The notes: a model not told the origin generated them from the sequence alone. A stretch of DNA of 64,000 nucleotides from Armatimonadota bacterium (GCA_963677485.1 OY781964.1:2528001-2592000), one strand, 5' to 3'. Counted from the stretch's first letter, positions 9,490 through 21,786 are shown. Made by a program: numbers and translations.

Positions 9490-11007
9490 ATGGCCAAACC
9501 AAATATCCTGTATGTCATGTGCGACCAGTTGAGAGCGGATGTAATCGGGGCACTCGGCAACAGCCGAATCTCCACGCCGAACATCGACCGGCTGGTGAAG
9601 CGCGGCGTCGCTTTCACCAACTGCTACAGCAGTTGCCCCGTGTGCGTGCCGGCGCGCTATACCATTCGTACCGGCAGAGACCCCAAAACCACGGGCATCT
9701 ACAATAACGGTGGCCCTAGCCTGACGCCAGACCAACCTGCAGGCATGGAAGATCGCTGCGGTGACTATCTGGCCCGCACACTCAGCAAGCAGGGTTACCG
9801 CACATTTGGTGTGGGCAAGTTCCACTGCCACCCGGATGCGTTTGAAGACCTCGGTTATGATGAGCAGTTGTGGTCGGAAGAGATCATGGGCAGTGCGGCG
9901 GCACGCAAAGCCGACACCTACACCAACTGGATCGATACGGAGCACCCCCAGTTTTCTTTTGTCGAGCAGCTCATGGGTGAACGCAGCGACATGTATTACA
10001 TTCCGCAGGCCAGCCCCATGCCCAAAGAGCTGACGGTGGAGAGCTGGGCGGCTGACCGCGCGACGGAGTTCATCAACAAGCAGAAGCAGGCGCCGTGGTT
10101 TGCGTTTGTCAGCTTCGTGGGACCGCACCCTCCGCTGGCTCCACCCGTGCCGTTCAATCGCATGTATAACCCGCTGAACATGCCTGCGGCGGTTCTAGGC
10201 GACATCGCCGCCGACCACATGGATGAGCAGATTCCCTTCATGAACTATGCGGTATGGGCCGATCAGGTCAGTCCCATTCTGAACCAGCAGTTGTGGGCCC
10301 GGTATTATGGCGAGGTGAGCTACATCGACTGGTGCCTGGGCCGTATCCTGGACGCGGTGGAGAAGCGTGAGGACGCCGACAACACGCTGATCGCCTTCTT
10401 CGCTGACCATGGCGACCACTTGGGCGACCACCACGCCTGGCAGAAGGAGAGCTTCTTTGAAGCGAGCTGCCACGTGCCGATGGTGGTCAGTTGGCCCACC
10501 CAACTCAAGGCGGGTGTAAGGGATGATCAGTTGGCAGCACTTGTCGACCTGTTCTGCCTGGCCACCACCGCCGCAGGAAGTCCGGAGCTGCGTGACGGCT
10601 GGGACATCCTGGGTGCGCACAAGGGCGCGTCGCCTCGACGTGAGGCCTATTACGGCACCTATGGGCAGCCGGGCACCAATATGTTCAAATCGATGATCCG
10701 CTGGCACGAATGGAAGCTGATATTCATTAGCAACGGCGGCCGAGTGCAGTTATTCAACCTGCAGGATGACCCCGATGAACTGCATAACCTGGCAGCCTCA
10801 CATCCCAAAACCAAAGAGCGACTGTTGAACTGGCTGATGGAAGAGATGCAGAAGCATCCCAATACCCGGCGAGCCACCGGCCCAGACGGCCTGATCGTTC
10901 ACCCGTTCACCGCCTTACCCCGATCCCGCATGTGCCAGTTCGCTTACCCTGGCCCTGTGGGCAAATTCTACCCCGACGATCCCAAGAGTATCTACGCAGA
11001 GCTGTAG
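9490..11007 (+). CDS. Sulfatase (formylglycine type)
   Basis: KPNILYVMCDQLR, CVPAR (CxPxR), GKFH, DHGDHLGDH. Confidence 0.93.
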   Translation: MAKPNILYVMCDQLRADVIGALGNSRISTPNIDRLVKRGVAFTNCYSSCPVCVPARYTIRTGRDPKTTGIYNNGGPSLTPDQPAGMEDRCGDYLARTLSKQGYRTFGVGKFHCHPDAFEDLGYDEQLWSEEIMGSAAARKADTYTNWIDTEHPQFSFVEQLMGERSDMYYIPQASPMPKELTVESWAADRATEFINKQKQAPWFAFVSFVGPHPPLAPPVPFNRMYNPLNMPAAVLGDIAADHMDEQIPFMNYAVWADQVSPILNQQLWARYYGEVSYIDWCLGRILDAVEKREDADNTLIAFFADHGDHLGDHHAWQKESFFEASCHVPMVVSWPTQLKAGVRDDQLAALVDLFCLATTAAGSPELRDGWDILGAHKGASPRREAYYGTYGQPGTNMFKSMIRWHEWKLIFISNGGRVQLFNLQDDPDELHNLAASHPKTKERLLNWLMEEMQKHPNTRRATGPDGLIVHPFTALPRSRMCQFAYPGPVGKFYPDDPKSIYAEL

Positions 11008-11098
11008 TTGTCGTCCGAGCCTGCCGTCAGCGAATCCTTCTGACGGCAGGATGCCTCTAACATAACGAGAACTATAACGCCAAGATACGGAGGGTGAT

Positions 11099-12580
11099 AT
11101 GAAGCCCAATTACCACATTTTTGCTGCCATTTCCGCCGCCTCCCTGCTCATCGCCTCGGGATGTGCCCACAAAGAAGAAACACCAGCCAGTAAATCCCCG
11201 TCCACTCCGGTGAATGTCACCGTGATGACTGTCGCGCCGGTGGACACCACCGAGACGATCACCATGAGCGGCCAGGTCGAATCGGAGTTCAAGGCCGACT
11301 TAGCCACCCGCGTGATGGGGCGCGTCTCTTCAGTGCTGGTGCGCGAGGGTGATTCCGTGCGCAAGGGGCAGTTGCTGGCCACGCTGGAATCGGCCGACCT
11401 GAATGCGGGGATATCCCAGGCCCAGGCGAACTTGAATGCCGCGCAGGCGGGCTATCACAACGCGATCACCGCCGCCAGCATGGAACAGAAGATGAGCGAT
11501 GCACGCATCGCGGTGGCTAAAAGCCGCATCCAGCAGGCCCAGTCCGGCATCGAATCGGCTAAAGCACGGCTGCAACTTGTGCAGAGCGGACCGCGGAAGC
11601 AGGAGCGTGCTCAAGCAGGCTTAGCAGTGGATCAGGCGAAAGCGTCATATGAGCTAGCCGCCAGCAACCTTCGACGCAACAAATCGCTTTTGGACGATGG
11701 TGCCATCAGCAAACAGATGTTTGACCAGACCCAGATGCAGTATGACGTGGCGAATGCTCAACTGCGCAGCGCACAGCAGGCGCAGAGCATGTCCGATGAG
11801 GGCAGCCGACAGGAAGACATCAGCAGTGCTCGCGAGGGTTTGCGCCAGGCCGAAGCAGAGCTGGTGACGGCGAAGCAGGGCCTCACCCAGGCCCTGGCCT
11901 CAGCAGGACAGGTGACGGTGCGCCAGCAGGAGGTGAAGGTGGCCCAAAGCGCGATCATGCAGATGAACGCCGCTAAGCAGATGGCCACAGTGAACCGCAG
12001 TTATGCGGAGATCCGTGCCCCCTTCAACGGCATCATCACCACCCGACTGGTTGATAACGGCAGCCTGGCTAACCCCGGTGCGCCTCTTCTGAAAATCGAG
12101 GGCGGCAAGATGCGGTTCCTAGCCACCGTGCCTGAGAGCAATCTGAAGGCGGTGACCACAGGGCAACAGCTCGCGGTCTTCATCCAGGCACTCGGTAGCT
12201 CCATCAACGGCAAGGTGTCTGAAATCCCTGCCGTCGCTAACCCGGCCACTCATACCGCGGTCGTGAAACTGGATATCCCAGCCAAACTCACCAAGTCGGG
12301 CATGTTTGGGCGCGCAGAGCTTCCCGTAGGCAGTGCCAGGCGTCTGCTGGTGCCCCAGTCGGCGGTATGGAGCCGCGACGGGCTGAGCTACATATATACT
12401 GTTGAGAATGAGGGCAGCAGGAAGCTGTCGCTGCGCATTGTCACCGTGGGGGAGCCGGTGGGCGACATGCTGCCTGTGCTCAGCGGTGTAGAGCGCGGTG
12501 ATCTGGTGGTTCTGGAGGGCCGATCGGCCGGCGTGGATGGCCAGCCCGCCAATGTATCGGTACAGAGGTCACAGCGATGA
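11099..12580 (+). CDS. RND efflux periplasmic adaptor (lipoprotein)
   Basis: Lipobox [18 protein letters not shown] and IRAPFNG motifs; long coiled coil. Confidence 0.92.
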   Translation: MKPNYHIFAAISAASLLIASGCAHKEETPASKSPSTPVNVTVMTVAPVDTTETITMSGQVESEFKADLATRVMGRVSSVLVREGDSVRKGQLLATLESADLNAGISQAQANLNAAQAGYHNAITAASMEQKMSDARIAVAKSRIQQAQSGIESAKARLQLVQSGPRKQERAQAGLAVDQAKASYELAASNLRRNKSLLDDGAISKQMFDQTQMQYDVANAQLRSAQQAQSMSDEGSRQEDISSAREGLRQAEAELVTAKQGLTQALASAGQVTVRQQEVKVAQSAIMQMNAAKQMATVNRSYAEIRAPFNGIITTRLVDNGSLANPGAPLLKIEGGKMRFLATVPESNLKAVTTGQQLAVFIQALGSSINGKVSEIPAVANPATHTAVVKLDIPAKLTKSGMFGRAELPVGSARRLLVPQSAVWSRDGLSYIYTVENEGSRKLSLRIVTVGEPVGDMLPVLSGVERGDLVVLEGRSAGVDGQPANVSVQRSQR

Positions 12581-15500
12581 AACTGGGGATAGCTGGCCGA
12601 CTTGCCTCGTTGTTCGTCAACAGTAAACTGACACCGCTGGTGATCATCGCCTCATTGCTGCTGGGTGGTTTCGCGGTCATGAAAACCCCGCGCGAAGAGG
12701 AGCCGCAAATCATCGTGCCAATGGCGGATGTCATCGTGCAGATGCCCGGTGCTTCGTCGCACGATATCGAACGCCGCGTGACCACTCCCATGGAGCAACT
12801 GATCTGGGAGATACCCGGTGTGGAGTATGTATACAGCACCTCCATGCCCGGCAGCAGTATGGTGGTGGTCCGGTTTCTGGTAGGGCAGGACCAAGAGGCG
12901 GCTTACGAGCGGCTTCGCGACAAGCTCCACGCGAATTTCGACATCATCCCCCGTGGATGCAGCGAGCCGATCATCAAACCGCGCAGCATTGACGATGTGC
13001 CCATCCTGGCCATGACGCTGCACAGTTCGAAATACGACGACCTGACCCTGCGGCAGATCGCCGCGGCGATACAGGTTCAAATCAAGCAGCTCCCAAATGT
13101 CAGCGAAACGCACATCATCGGAGGACGCCGGCGTGAGATGGGGGTCAAGCTGGACAGGGCGGCGTTGGCAGCGTATGGTCTGACCCTGGATGGCGTGAGC
13201 GATGCGCTTCAGACAGCCAACCAGCGCCTTCAGACCGGTGCCTATTCTAAAGACGACCGCAATGCTCCGGTGGCATCCGGCCAGTTGGTGCGCACCAAGC
13301 AGGCTTTGGGTGATATCGTGGTGGGCCAAAGCAACGGTCAACCGGTGCTGCTTAAGAATGTAGCTAACCTGACCGACGGGCCAGAGGAGCCCACGAACTA
13401 TGTGCTGTTTGGGCATGGCGGTGAAGAAGCTGGCAGCGTGCTGGAAAACGCAGTGACGCTGAGCGTGGCCAAACGCCAGGGCAAAAACGCCATTGAGATC
13501 GCCGAAGAGGTGATCAAAAAAGTGGACGCGCTGAAGGGCAGTCTGGTGCCAAAAGACGTGCAGATCACCATCACCCGAAACTACGGCGAAACTGCCAGCG
13601 AAAAATCTAACGAGCTGCTGCTACACATGATGATTGCGGTGGTGAGCGTGACGCTGCTGATCGCAGTGGCCTTAGGACGCAAGGAGTCGCTGGTGGTGCT
13701 GGTCGCCATTCCTGTGACACTCGGCTTGACCCTGTTGATGTTCTACCTATACGGTTACACGCTGAACCGCATCACGCTGTTCGCGCTCATCTTCAGCATC
13801 GGTATTCTGGTGGATGATGCCATCGTGGTGGTGGAGAACATCGTGCGCCACTATCGTATGCCGGATGAAAGCCGCATGCCCCCGCTGGAGGCGGCCATCC
13901 ACGCGGTGGATGAAGTGGGCAACCCCACCATTCTGGCAACCTTCGCGGTCATCGCGGCCATCCTGCCCATGGCATTTGTGGGCGGCTTGATGGGTCCGTA
14001 TATGCGCCCCATCCCGGTGGGTGCCAGTGCGGCCATGCTCTTCTCGCTGATCGTGGCGTTCATCGTCACCCCGTGGGCCGCGCTCCGGCTGTTGAAAAGC
14101 GAGCACGGCAAAGCCGCGCACTCCCACGGCGAGAAAGAAGACTGGAGCGCGAGGCTCTACAAAAAGATCATGTGCCCGCTTTTGGACAGCCGAGTCAAGC
14201 GGAACAGCTTCCTGGGCGGCGTTCTTATACTCCTTATCGCAGCATGCAGCCTGGTGGGCTTCAAGCTGGTGATCGTGAAGATGCTGCCGTTTGACAACAA
14301 GAACGAGTTCCAGATCATCGTGGACATGCCCCAGGATGCGACTCTTGAGCGCACCCTCGCGGCCAGCAAGGCGCTTGCCCACGCGGTGAGCGACGCGCCT
14401 GAAGTGGAAAACTTCCAGATATACGCCGGTACCGCCAGCCCTTACACCTTCAATGGACTGGTCCGGCACTACTTCAACCGCAGTGCCGCCTTCCAGGCCG
14501 ATGTGCAGGTCAATCTACTGCCGAAGAATAAGCGCAAGGCGCAAAGCCACGCCATCGCCAAACGGCTGCGTCCCGCCATTGAGAAGGTCGCGAAAGAGTG
14601 GGGAGTGCGTGTCAAAATTTCTGAGGTGCCGCCAGGTCCTCCCGTGCTGCAGACTTTAGTAGCTGAAATCTACGGCCCCACACCGGAGAAACGCACCGAA
14701 GTGGCCCAGAAGATCAAGCAGATTTTCCACGATAATCCCAACGTGGTGGACGTGGACTGGTATCAAGATGACCCCATCCCCGTGGTGAACATGCAGGTCG
14801 ACCGCGAGAAGGCGGCTTTACTGGGCGTCGACACCGCATCGGTCAACCGCACCATGGCTACCGCACTCAGCGGGGCGCAGGTGGGACTGCTGGGAGTGTC
14901 GGAATCCCGTGAGGACATACCGATCCGTGTCACGATCCCCAGGGCGCAGAGGTCCGGGGCCGATCAGTTGTCGCAGCTCACCGTGATGGCCCGGGACGGC
15001 CATGCCGTGCCGCTTCAGGAGCTGGTGATGGCGAAGATGGAACGGCCAGATCAGTCGATCTACCATAAAAACCTGATGCCTGTGGTTTATGTCACGGGCG
15101 ATGTCGGCGGGCATTTGGAAAGTCCTGTTTATGCTATCCTGGGCATGAATGAGGCGATATCAGCCTTGAAATTGCCGGATGGCAAGCTGCCGATACTCAC
15201 TGTCGCACTGCCCACCGGTGACGACACGCCGTCGCTCAAATGGGATGGCGAGTGGTATATCACCTACGAGGTGTTCCGCGACCTCGGCATCGCGTTCGCT
15301 GTGGTTCTGGTGTTGATCTATATCCTGGTGGTGGCCTGGTTCCAGGACTTCCTAATCCCGCTGGTGATTATGGCCCCCATCCCGCTCACTCTGGTGGGCA
15401 TCCTGCCGGCGCACGCCATGATGGGTGCGTTCTTCACCGCCACCAGCATGATCGGCTTCATCGCAGGCGCTGGAATCATCGTCAGGAATAGCATCATTCT

Positions 15501-15795
15501 AGTGGACTTCATCGAGCTGCGTATCAAACAGGGGTTACCCTTACGAGAAGCGGTCATCGATGCGGGCACCACGCGATTCCGACCGATGCTGCTCACCGCG
15601 GCGGCGGTCATCGTGGGCTCATCCGTGATCCTGTTTGACCCCATCTTCCAGGGTCTGGCCATCGCGCTGATGGCGGGTGAGATCGCATCCACGCTGCTGT
15701 CACGGTTCGCGGTGCCAGTGCTTTACTATATTCTCCGTGTGCATGCTAAACAACCAAAACCAGCCATCGCTGGGGAAAAAGGAGTATGTCCATGA
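12577..15795 (+). CDS. RND efflux permease (AcrB/AcrD/AcrF family)
   Basis: 1072 aa; [13 protein letters not shown] and RFRPMLLTA. Confidence 0.95.
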   Translation: MKLGIAGRLASLFVNSKLTPLVIIASLLLGGFAVMKTPREEEPQIIVPMADVIVQMPGASSHDIERRVTTPMEQLIWEIPGVEYVYSTSMPGSSMVVVRFLVGQDQEAAYERLRDKLHANFDIIPRGCSEPIIKPRSIDDVPILAMTLHSSKYDDLTLRQIAAAIQVQIKQLPNVSETHIIGGRRREMGVKLDRAALAAYGLTLDGVSDALQTANQRLQTGAYSKDDRNAPVASGQLVRTKQALGDIVVGQSNGQPVLLKNVANLTDGPEEPTNYVLFGHGGEEAGSVLENAVTLSVAKRQGKNAIEIAEEVIKKVDALKGSLVPKDVQITITRNYGETASEKSNELLLHMMIAVVSVTLLIAVALGRKESLVVLVAIPVTLGLTLLMFYLYGYTLNRITLFALIFSIGILVDDAIVVVENIVRHYRMPDESRMPPLEAAIHAVDEVGNPTILATFAVIAAILPMAFVGGLMGPYMRPIPVGASAAMLFSLIVAFIVTPWAALRLLKSEHGKAAHSHGEKEDWSARLYKKIMCPLLDSRVKRNSFLGGVLILLIAACSLVGFKLVIVKMLPFDNKNEFQIIVDMPQDATLERTLAASKALAHAVSDAPEVENFQIYAGTASPYTFNGLVRHYFNRSAAFQADVQVNLLPKNKRKAQSHAIAKRLRPAIEKVAKEWGVRVKISEVPPGPPVLQTLVAEIYGPTPEKRTEVAQKIKQIFHDNPNVVDVDWYQDDPIPVVNMQVDREKAALLGVDTASVNRTMATALSGAQVGLLGVSESREDIPIRVTIPRAQRSGADQLSQLTVMARDGHAVPLQELVMAKMERPDQSIYHKNLMPVVYVTGDVGGHLESPVYAILGMNEAISALKLPDGKLPILTVALPTGDDTPSLKWDGEWYITYEVFRDLGIAFAVVLVLIYILVVAWFQDFLIPLVIMAPIPLTLVGILPAHAMMGAFFTATSMIGFIAGAGIIVRNSIILVDFIELRIKQGLPLREAVIDAGTTRFRPMLLTAAAVIVGSSVILFDPIFQGLAIALMAGEIASTLLSRFAVPVLYYILRVHAKQPKPAIAGEKGVCP

Positions 15796-16019
15796 CAGTC
15801 GACCGATATATACGAATGATCGCCGGGATGCTAATCGTCGTGAGTGTGGCTCTTGGGCACTGGGTGAACCCGTGGTGGTTTGCGTTCACCGCCTTCGTGG
15901 GGCTGAACCTGCTGCAGAGCGCATTCACCAACTGGTGCCCCATGATCGCCCTGCTGCGAAAGAACGGCGTGCCAGAGAACGTGACGCCGCCCTGCTGCAG
16001 CAAGGCGGAGCAGCCGTAG
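15786..16019 (+). CDS. DUF2892 / YgaP-like small membrane protein
   Basis: [10 protein letters not shown]...[16 protein letters not shown]. Confidence 0.85.
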   Translation: MSMTVDRYIRMIAGMLIVVSVALGHWVNPWWFAFTAFVGLNLLQSAFTNWCPMIALLRKNGVPENVTPPCCSKAEQP

Positions 16020-16089
16020 ACGAGTGCGTATTCAGTTTGTGGATGACCACATAAGGGTCATCCACAAACGCAAAGAACAAGCCAACCGC

Positions 16090-17325
16090 CTATTTCGCGG
16101 CGAGGATCCTTCGGCGCAGCATGTCCAACGCACTCTGGCTCGCACGCCACTGGATCACATCGCGCTGGGCACCGAACAGCCGCTTCTCTGCCACGACGCC
16201 ATCAGGACCAGCCACGGCAAGCCACACCATGCCTACAGGCTTCTCGGCGGTTCCGCCATCTGGTCCGGCGATGCCGGTGGTGCTGATCGCCCAATCCACA
16301 CCCAGCCGCTGACGCACGCCCTCGGCCATCTCGCAGGCGGTCTGTTCGCTGACCGCGCCATGTGTTGTCAGTGTCTGCTCATTCACGCCCAGGATATCCC
16401 GCTTGATGCGGTTGTCATACGCCACCACCGCGCCCATCAACGCCCGGCTGGCCCCGGACACTCCGCTGAATCTGTGAGCGATCAACCCGCCAGTACAGCT
16501 CTCGGCGGTCGCGACGGTCTGACCCTTCGCCCACAGCAACTCCATGACGGCCTGTTCGAGGGTGGTGTCATCCAGCCCATACAGGTTGTCACCTAGTGCC
16601 TCACGGCACTGCTGCTCGCAGGTGTCGAGTAGCTGCATGCACTCGCTCTCAGTTTCCCCTGCGGCGGTGATGCGGAAGTGGACCTCACCCAGCTTGGCGT
16701 ATGGTGCCAGAGTGGGGTTTGGGCAGCTCAGCAGATGCGACAGCCTTTCCTCGGCTGCCGCTTCCCCAAGCGCCATCACACGGATGACACGCGACATCAA
16801 CTGCACATTGTTACTGGCAGCCAGGAAGGGTGCTACAGCAGCTTCAAACATCGGCAGGCATTCGTTAGGTGGGCCAGGCAGAGCAAACAGGTGCTTTCCG
16901 TGCCACTCCACGTGGATGCCCGGGGCGGTGCCATTGGGGTTGTCGATCGGTTCTGCGGTGCTGGGACGCATCGCCTGTCGATACTGGCTATTCGTCAGGT
17001 TGAAGCTGCGCTTGCTGAACAGCGCGATCAGCTCTTCTTTCAGCCTCTCGTCTAGTATCAGCTCATCGCCGATCGCTCCTGCTATCCCATCGCGGGTGAT
17101 GTCATCCTCAGTGGGGCCCAGTCCACCCATGGCAATCACCACATCCGATCGGTCGAGGGCACGTTTCAGCACCTCTGTCAACCGAGGAAGGTTATCGCCT
17201 ACGGTCTGCCTGTAAAGTGCTCTGCTGCCCAGCTCTGGCAGACGGGCTGCAATGGCGGCGGCATTGGTATCAGTGATCATTCCCATCAATAATTCGGTGC
17301 CGATGGAGATTATCTCAACAATCAT
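16090..17325 (-). CDS. cinA: Competence/damage-inducible protein A
   Basis: IGTELLMG, GGLGPTEDDIT, LPGPP and TAESCTGG. Confidence 0.95.
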   Translation of the reverse strand: MIVEIISIGTELLMGMITDTNAAAIAARLPELGSRALYRQTVGDNLPRLTEVLKRALDRSDVVIAMGGLGPTEDDITRDGIAGAIGDELILDERLKEELIALFSKRSFNLTNSQYRQAMRPSTAEPIDNPNGTAPGIHVEWHGKHLFALPGPPNECLPMFEAAVAPFLAASNNVQLMSRVIRVMALGEAAAEERLSHLLSCPNPTLAPYAKLGEVHFRITAAGETESECMQLLDTCEQQCREALGDNLYGLDDTTLEQAVMELLWAKGQTVATAESCTGGLIAHRFSGVSGASRALMGAVVAYDNRIKRDILGVNEQTLTTHGAVSEQTACEMAEGVRQRLGVDWAISTTGIAGPDGGTAEKPVGMVWLAVAGPDGVVAEKRLFGAQRDVIQWRASQSALDMLRRRILAAK

Positions 17326-17408
17326 GTAGCGCTCCTGTGGTGGTGTTCTATCCTCAGATTACCGCGTTCCAGCACGAATCACCAGCCAACAAACATGCAT
17401 AGGCACCG

Positions 17409-18221
17409 CTATCCACCGTTCTGGCGGTACTGGCTGGGTGATATGCCGTAGTGCTTTTTGAAGGCACGGCTGAAGTGGAAGGGGCTGCCGTAGCCGTAAC
17501 GCTCCGCGAGCTGGACGATACTGCCGCTTTCCATGCGCAATGCACTGGCGGCCAGGCTCAGACGGAGCTGGTCCTGGTAGCTTTTCGGCCCGACAGCCAG
17601 CACCCTGACAAACGCCTGACGCAGCCAACGTTCACTGACATGTATCTGGTAAGCTATTTCGTTGACAGAGGGCGATTCCGATATCTGCTGCTTCATGATG
17701 TCCACCGCCTGCCACACCATTTGCCTCATGTTTTGGGTGTAGTCACCCCGTGAGGGCATCTGCCACAGCCACCTGCAGAACAGTGCGGCAAACAGGGCGT
17801 TAGCGGCGGTCTGGGCCGCCTGGTCGGGTATGTCCAACTGTTGCATGATCTGTGAGATGCTGAGGATTTCAAACTCATCCACTGGCAGCATATAGATGGT
17901 GTCCAACTCAACGCCAGAGTGGTGCATCGGCTGCATTTCAAACCAGTCAAAGGCCCACCGTGAGCCTGTGGTGTGGTAATAGCGGATACTGGGCACCTCG
18001 ACTAATAGAAGGCTGCCTGCGGTCAGTTCAAAGCGTCGTTCACCGCTCAGTTCCAGTAGCCCCTCACCAGAATGCGTGCGGATCAGAATCATGTGATGCT
18101 CGGTCTGCCGCTGTGGACGCGCAGAGTAGACCGCATCGGCATCCACATGCCACATGCTCAGAAGCTGCACCGGTGCAGGAGGGCTGCCCAGCTTATTCAC
18201 AGAGTGGGTGTTTGTCTTCAT
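17409..18221 (-). CDS. AraC-family transcriptional regulator
   Basis: C-terminal GYGSPFHFSRAFKKHYGISPSQYR. Confidence 0.93.
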   Translation of the reverse strand: MKTNTHSVNKLGSPPAPVQLLSMWHVDADAVYSARPQRQTEHHMILIRTHSGEGLLELSGERRFELTAGSLLLVEVPSIRYYHTTGSRWAFDWFEMQPMHHSGVELDTIYMLPVDEFEILSISQIMQQLDIPDQAAQTAANALFAALFCRWLWQMPSRGDYTQNMRQMVWQAVDIMKQQISESPSVNEIAYQIHVSERWLRQAFVRVLAVGPKSYQDQLRLSLAASALRMESGSIVQLAERYGYGSPFHFSRAFKKHYGISPSQYRQNGG

Positions 18222-18276
18222 ATCAGTGCGGCATAGTGATCGGTCTACCTACCTGGGCAACTGCCTCGTCATGCAC

Positions 18277-19359
18277 CTACCTCCGCACACGCTGTACAAC
18301 CTGCTTCAGTAGCCAGGCCAGGGTATACATTTCGCTTTCGGGCACCACCTTCTCGGGGTACTTCAACCAGCTTTGCACGATATAGCGGCTGGGACGCCCC
18401 CCTATCTTTCGGTATTCGTCTACCATGTTCAGTGTGCCTTTACAGAACGCCTCGCTGCTGATGTTACCCCCTTCGCTGTTCACGATCAGCGAAAAGTCGA
18501 TATGCCGTGCCTTCACCATGCGTTCCAGTTCCAGTACCCGGGCCATCCAGTCGATTTTGGTCGGGTCTTTTTCGCCCCTGGGTGGGGCGTTTTTGTAGTG
18601 CATCCAAACAGCATGGTTGGCGGTGCCTTTGGCATATTCGTATGGGTTGTCGGCGGTCACGCCAGCAAATGGAACGCCCGCCTTACGGGCGGCATCGAGA
18701 ACGACGGGCAGCAATTCGGCCAGGTCGCCATTACACATGCCGTTACCTCTGTATGAGGTGTTACCCCTCCAACCCCAGTTTGGAAAGTTGGTCAACTCGA
18801 AGAATTTCATCTTCGGGAAGAGCTTACGCCACTCCTTCATATAGCCCACGATTTCGTCAGCCACCAAATGTATGTCGGTCATACCCGGGATGTCGTCCCT
18901 GCTCGCATCCTGGCCAGGATGCATGAGGCGGCGGATTGGGCCATCCATATTCAGGTAGCTGGGCACACCGCCCGCCTGAAACAGCTTGTCCATCTTCAGC
19001 ATCTCAGTCTGAGCGGTTGAGGCCCCCACACCTTTCTGCATGACAAGCCTTGGCTTGTCACCTTGAAGCACAGGTTTTGAGCCTTTCGTGTCCTTGAATA
19101 TCGGCTCCCAGTCGAAATAGCCACACTCAACGGCGATCTCCATACCCAGCTCATGAACCCGATCTACCACCCGTTTGATATCTTCATACGGCATGACGAA
19201 TGCGATGATGGTGATGTAGAACTCCAGACAGTCTAGCTGCTTGGCGGTCTCAGGCCAGCCGTCAGGTTGGTCCGTCAGTTGATTTGGCTGGTGATGCGCC
19301 ATCCACAAAGAAGGGCGGCGTCTGCTGCGCGATGTGGATTTCGGAATGTAAACCAACAT
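18277..19359 (-). CDS. Hypothetical protein, tandem paralogue 1
   Basis: Colinear and highly similar to 19515-20594. Confidence 0.8.
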   Translation of the reverse strand: MLVYIPKSTSRSRRRPSLWMAHHQPNQLTDQPDGWPETAKQLDCLEFYITIIAFVMPYEDIKRVVDRVHELGMEIAVECGYFDWEPIFKDTKGSKPVLQGDKPRLVMQKGVGASTAQTEMLKMDKLFQAGGVPSYLNMDGPIRRLMHPGQDASRDDIPGMTDIHLVADEIVGYMKEWRKLFPKMKFFELTNFPNWGWRGNTSYRGNGMCNGDLAELLPVVLDAARKAGVPFAGVTADNPYEYAKGTANHAVWMHYKNAPPRGEKDPTKIDWMARVLELERMVKARHIDFSLIVNSEGGNISSEAFCKGTLNMVDEYRKIGGRPSRYIVQSWLKYPEKVVPESEMYTLAWLLKQVVQRVRR

Positions 19360-19386
19360 GTTCTCCTAATAGAAGGGCGGCTGGTC

Positions 19387-19466
19387 GTAGGGGCCGTGCC
19401 TTGTGCCGGCCCTAAACAGCAATCGAATGAACACCGATTAGGGCGCCCACAAGGGGCGCCCCTACG
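19387..19466. repeat. Inverted pair of GTAG-headed REP hairpins
   Basis: gtaggggccgtgccttgtgccggccct ... agggcgcccacaaggggcgccctac. Confidence 0.75.
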
Positions 19467-19514
19467 ACAAGCATCAGTTACAGTGCGGGCTGCTGTGACC
19501 GCAAGGACGGGTGT

Positions 19515-20594
19515 TTACCGGCGGACGTGCTGCACAACCTGCTTGAACAGCCAGGAGAGTGTATACATCTCGCTTTCGGGTACCGCTTTTTCTGGGTATT
19601 TCAGCCAGCTTTGCACAATGTAGCGGGAAGGGCGTCCACCGATGGCTCTGTAATCATCCACCATTTTCAATGTCAGATCGCAGAACGCCTCGCTGCTGAC
19701 ATTGCCTCCCTGGCTGTTGACGATCAGGTTGAAGTCCATACGGCGTGCTTTGACCATCTTTTCGATGTCCAAAATGCGCGCCATCCAGTCTATCTTGCTC
19801 GGATCTTTTTCGCCTGTTGGAGGCGGAAGGTGGTAGTTCATGATGCCATCGTGGTCTGCAGTCCCCTTGGCATACTCGTAGGGGTTATCCACAGTCACGC
19901 CGGCAAAAGGCACACCAGCTCGCTTCGCCGCATCTAGAACCACTGGCAGCACCACGGCGAAGTCGCCATTGGCCATACCGGAATTACGGTATGAGGAATT
20001 GCCTTTCCAGCCCCAGTTGGGGAAATTGCTGAGCTCAAAGAACTTGATTTTCGGAAAGCTCTTGCGCCATTCTTTGAGGTAGTCTACAATTTCCGCGGCC
20101 ACCTCGTTGATATCGGTAAGGCCAGGGATATCTTCCTTGCCCACATCCTGGCCGGGATGCATGAGCCGACGGATAGGGCCGTCCATGTTCAGGTAACTGG
20201 GCACCCCGCCCGCCTTCAGCAGCATATCGATTTTGGCGATCTCCGTTTGAGCTGTGATCCTGCCCACACCTCGCTTCATAGGTTGGCGTGGTTTGTCGTT
20301 GATGCCTTTTGGGTTGGGTTCTTTGAAGTCGCTGCGAGTGGCTTCCCAATCGAAATAGCCGCACTCGATGGCGATCTCCATACCCAGCTCGTTCACCTTA
20401 TCTACCACACGCTTGATGTCCTCGTATGGTGAAATAAACGCCAATGTGTTGATGTAGAACTCCAGGCAATCCAGCTCCTTAGCCGTCACTGGCCATCCTT
20501 CAGGCTGGTCGGTGAGTTGGCTGGGTTTGAAGTGGGCCATCCACAGGCCAGGACGCCGCTTGCTTCGCGGTGTAGATTTGGGCAAATAGACCAA
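19515..20594 (-). CDS. Hypothetical protein, tandem paralogue 2
   Basis: Shares ECGYFDWE, MDGPIRRLMHPG, NFPNWGW and DNPYEYA with 18277-19359. Confidence 0.8.
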   Translation of the reverse strand: MVYLPKSTPRSKRRPGLWMAHFKPSQLTDQPEGWPVTAKELDCLEFYINTLAFISPYEDIKRVVDKVNELGMEIAIECGYFDWEATRSDFKEPNPKGINDKPRQPMKRGVGRITAQTEIAKIDMLLKAGGVPSYLNMDGPIRRLMHPGQDVGKEDIPGLTDINEVAAEIVDYLKEWRKSFPKIKFFELSNFPNWGWKGNSSYRNSGMANGDFAVVLPVVLDAAKRAGVPFAGVTVDNPYEYAKGTADHDGIMNYHLPPPTGEKDPSKIDWMARILDIEKMVKARRMDFNLIVNSQGGNVSSEAFCDLTLKMVDDYRAIGGRPSRYIVQSWLKYPEKAVPESEMYTLSWLFKQVVQHVRR

Positions 20595-20603
20595 GATATG
20601 CTC

Positions 20604-21623
20604 CTATAGGTTCCAGTTGATGGGGCGAGTGGCTCCGTCGTCGATACTCAAAGTGGCTGCCGTGGCACCCTCGGCTGGTGTGAAGGGCAGACGCACCGTC
20701 ACCTGCTGACCTGGCTTAACTGAGGGTTCAATATACCGATCTGCGCCTACAGCCCAGAACGTGCCATCATATCCCCACTCACCGCCATCTGTATCAATGA
20801 GGGTACACGTTAACAAGCTCCCATAGAGCTTCTCTTCTGCCTTCGTTATGTTTGTGAGGGTTGCCGTAACAAAATACTTCGCGCCCTCTTCTTCGGTTGC
20901 CGGTTTCATAGACACTGAGTCCAGGCGTATCGAGAAAGTTTGCAGGGGTATAAAGTCACCACCGATTTTCGCAGCGATACGCTTATATGGAGTATATCCT
21001 TTGGGATCTTTGGGATCCGCGAACTGCGTTGGAAGGGGCTTTACCTTGCCGATGAGATTATACCGAAGCACTGTGCGGTCGCTGGCGACGAACATCAGTT
21101 TTGGTATTTCTTCTGAAGCAGGCACAGAGATGAGCAGTCGGGCATTCACCTTCTGACCAGGTTTGAGTATCTGGTCCAGCGTGGTGGATGTCTCTTCGAT
21201 CACCCATCGGTCAGTTTGCTCCCAGTTGCTGTTCTTGCTGTCTACGGCAGTGACATCCAGCAGTCCACCATGTGCATACAGGTCGGCGGCGTTTGGGTTT
21301 TGTATGGTCAGATGTACCACCATCAGTTTCTTAGCGGCTTCTGCGACATAGGTCAAGTTGTCCAGATAAGCAGGTCCGATGACGTATTCGATGCTGTTGA
21401 CGGTGACATTGACAGTGTCCGTCTTGCCTATGGTGTATGTGAGTCCAAACTGGGCGTTCTGGCCATCTAGCTGGGTTGTTCCTTTGACAACGCGGGCTGG
21501 CTGTTTGGTCTGTGTCTTGACTACCGGGGTTTTGGGTTTGGGTTTAGGTTTGGGTTTAGGTTTCGCGGCCAAAATTGGCATGGCACATAGCAGGCAACAG
21601 GAGATTAACATAAGACGGCGCAT
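20604..21623 (-). CDS. Secreted protein with (KP)n tract and two DUF4352-like beta domains
   Basis: Signal peptide, KPKPKPKPKP, repeated (L/V)KPGQ.V..R motif. Confidence 0.65.
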   Translation of the reverse strand: MRRLMLISCCLLCAMPILAAKPKPKPKPKPKTPVVKTQTKQPARVVKGTTQLDGQNAQFGLTYTIGKTDTVNVTVNSIEYVIGPAYLDNLTYVAEAAKKLMVVHLTIQNPNAADLYAHGGLLDVTAVDSKNSNWEQTDRWVIEETSTTLDQILKPGQKVNARLLISVPASEEIPKLMFVASDRTVLRYNLIGKVKPLPTQFADPKDPKGYTPYKRIAAKIGGDFIPLQTFSIRLDSVSMKPATEEEGAKYFVTATLTNITKAEEKLYGSLLTCTLIDTDGGEWGYDGTFWAVGADRYIEPSVKPGQQVTVRLPFTPAEGATAATLSIDDGATRPINWNL

Positions 21624-21786
21624 CGATACACCTCCAGTGATAGTAAGCCGAAATAGTAAGACCGGACTCTCCTAACCCAATTGTAGCCCATCTGAACCAC
21701 ATATTGCGACCGAAATGTGCTCAATTTGAACCAGTGAGCAATATCTGCAATACTATCCACAGAACAAAACCTTAAGGAAGCGAACA

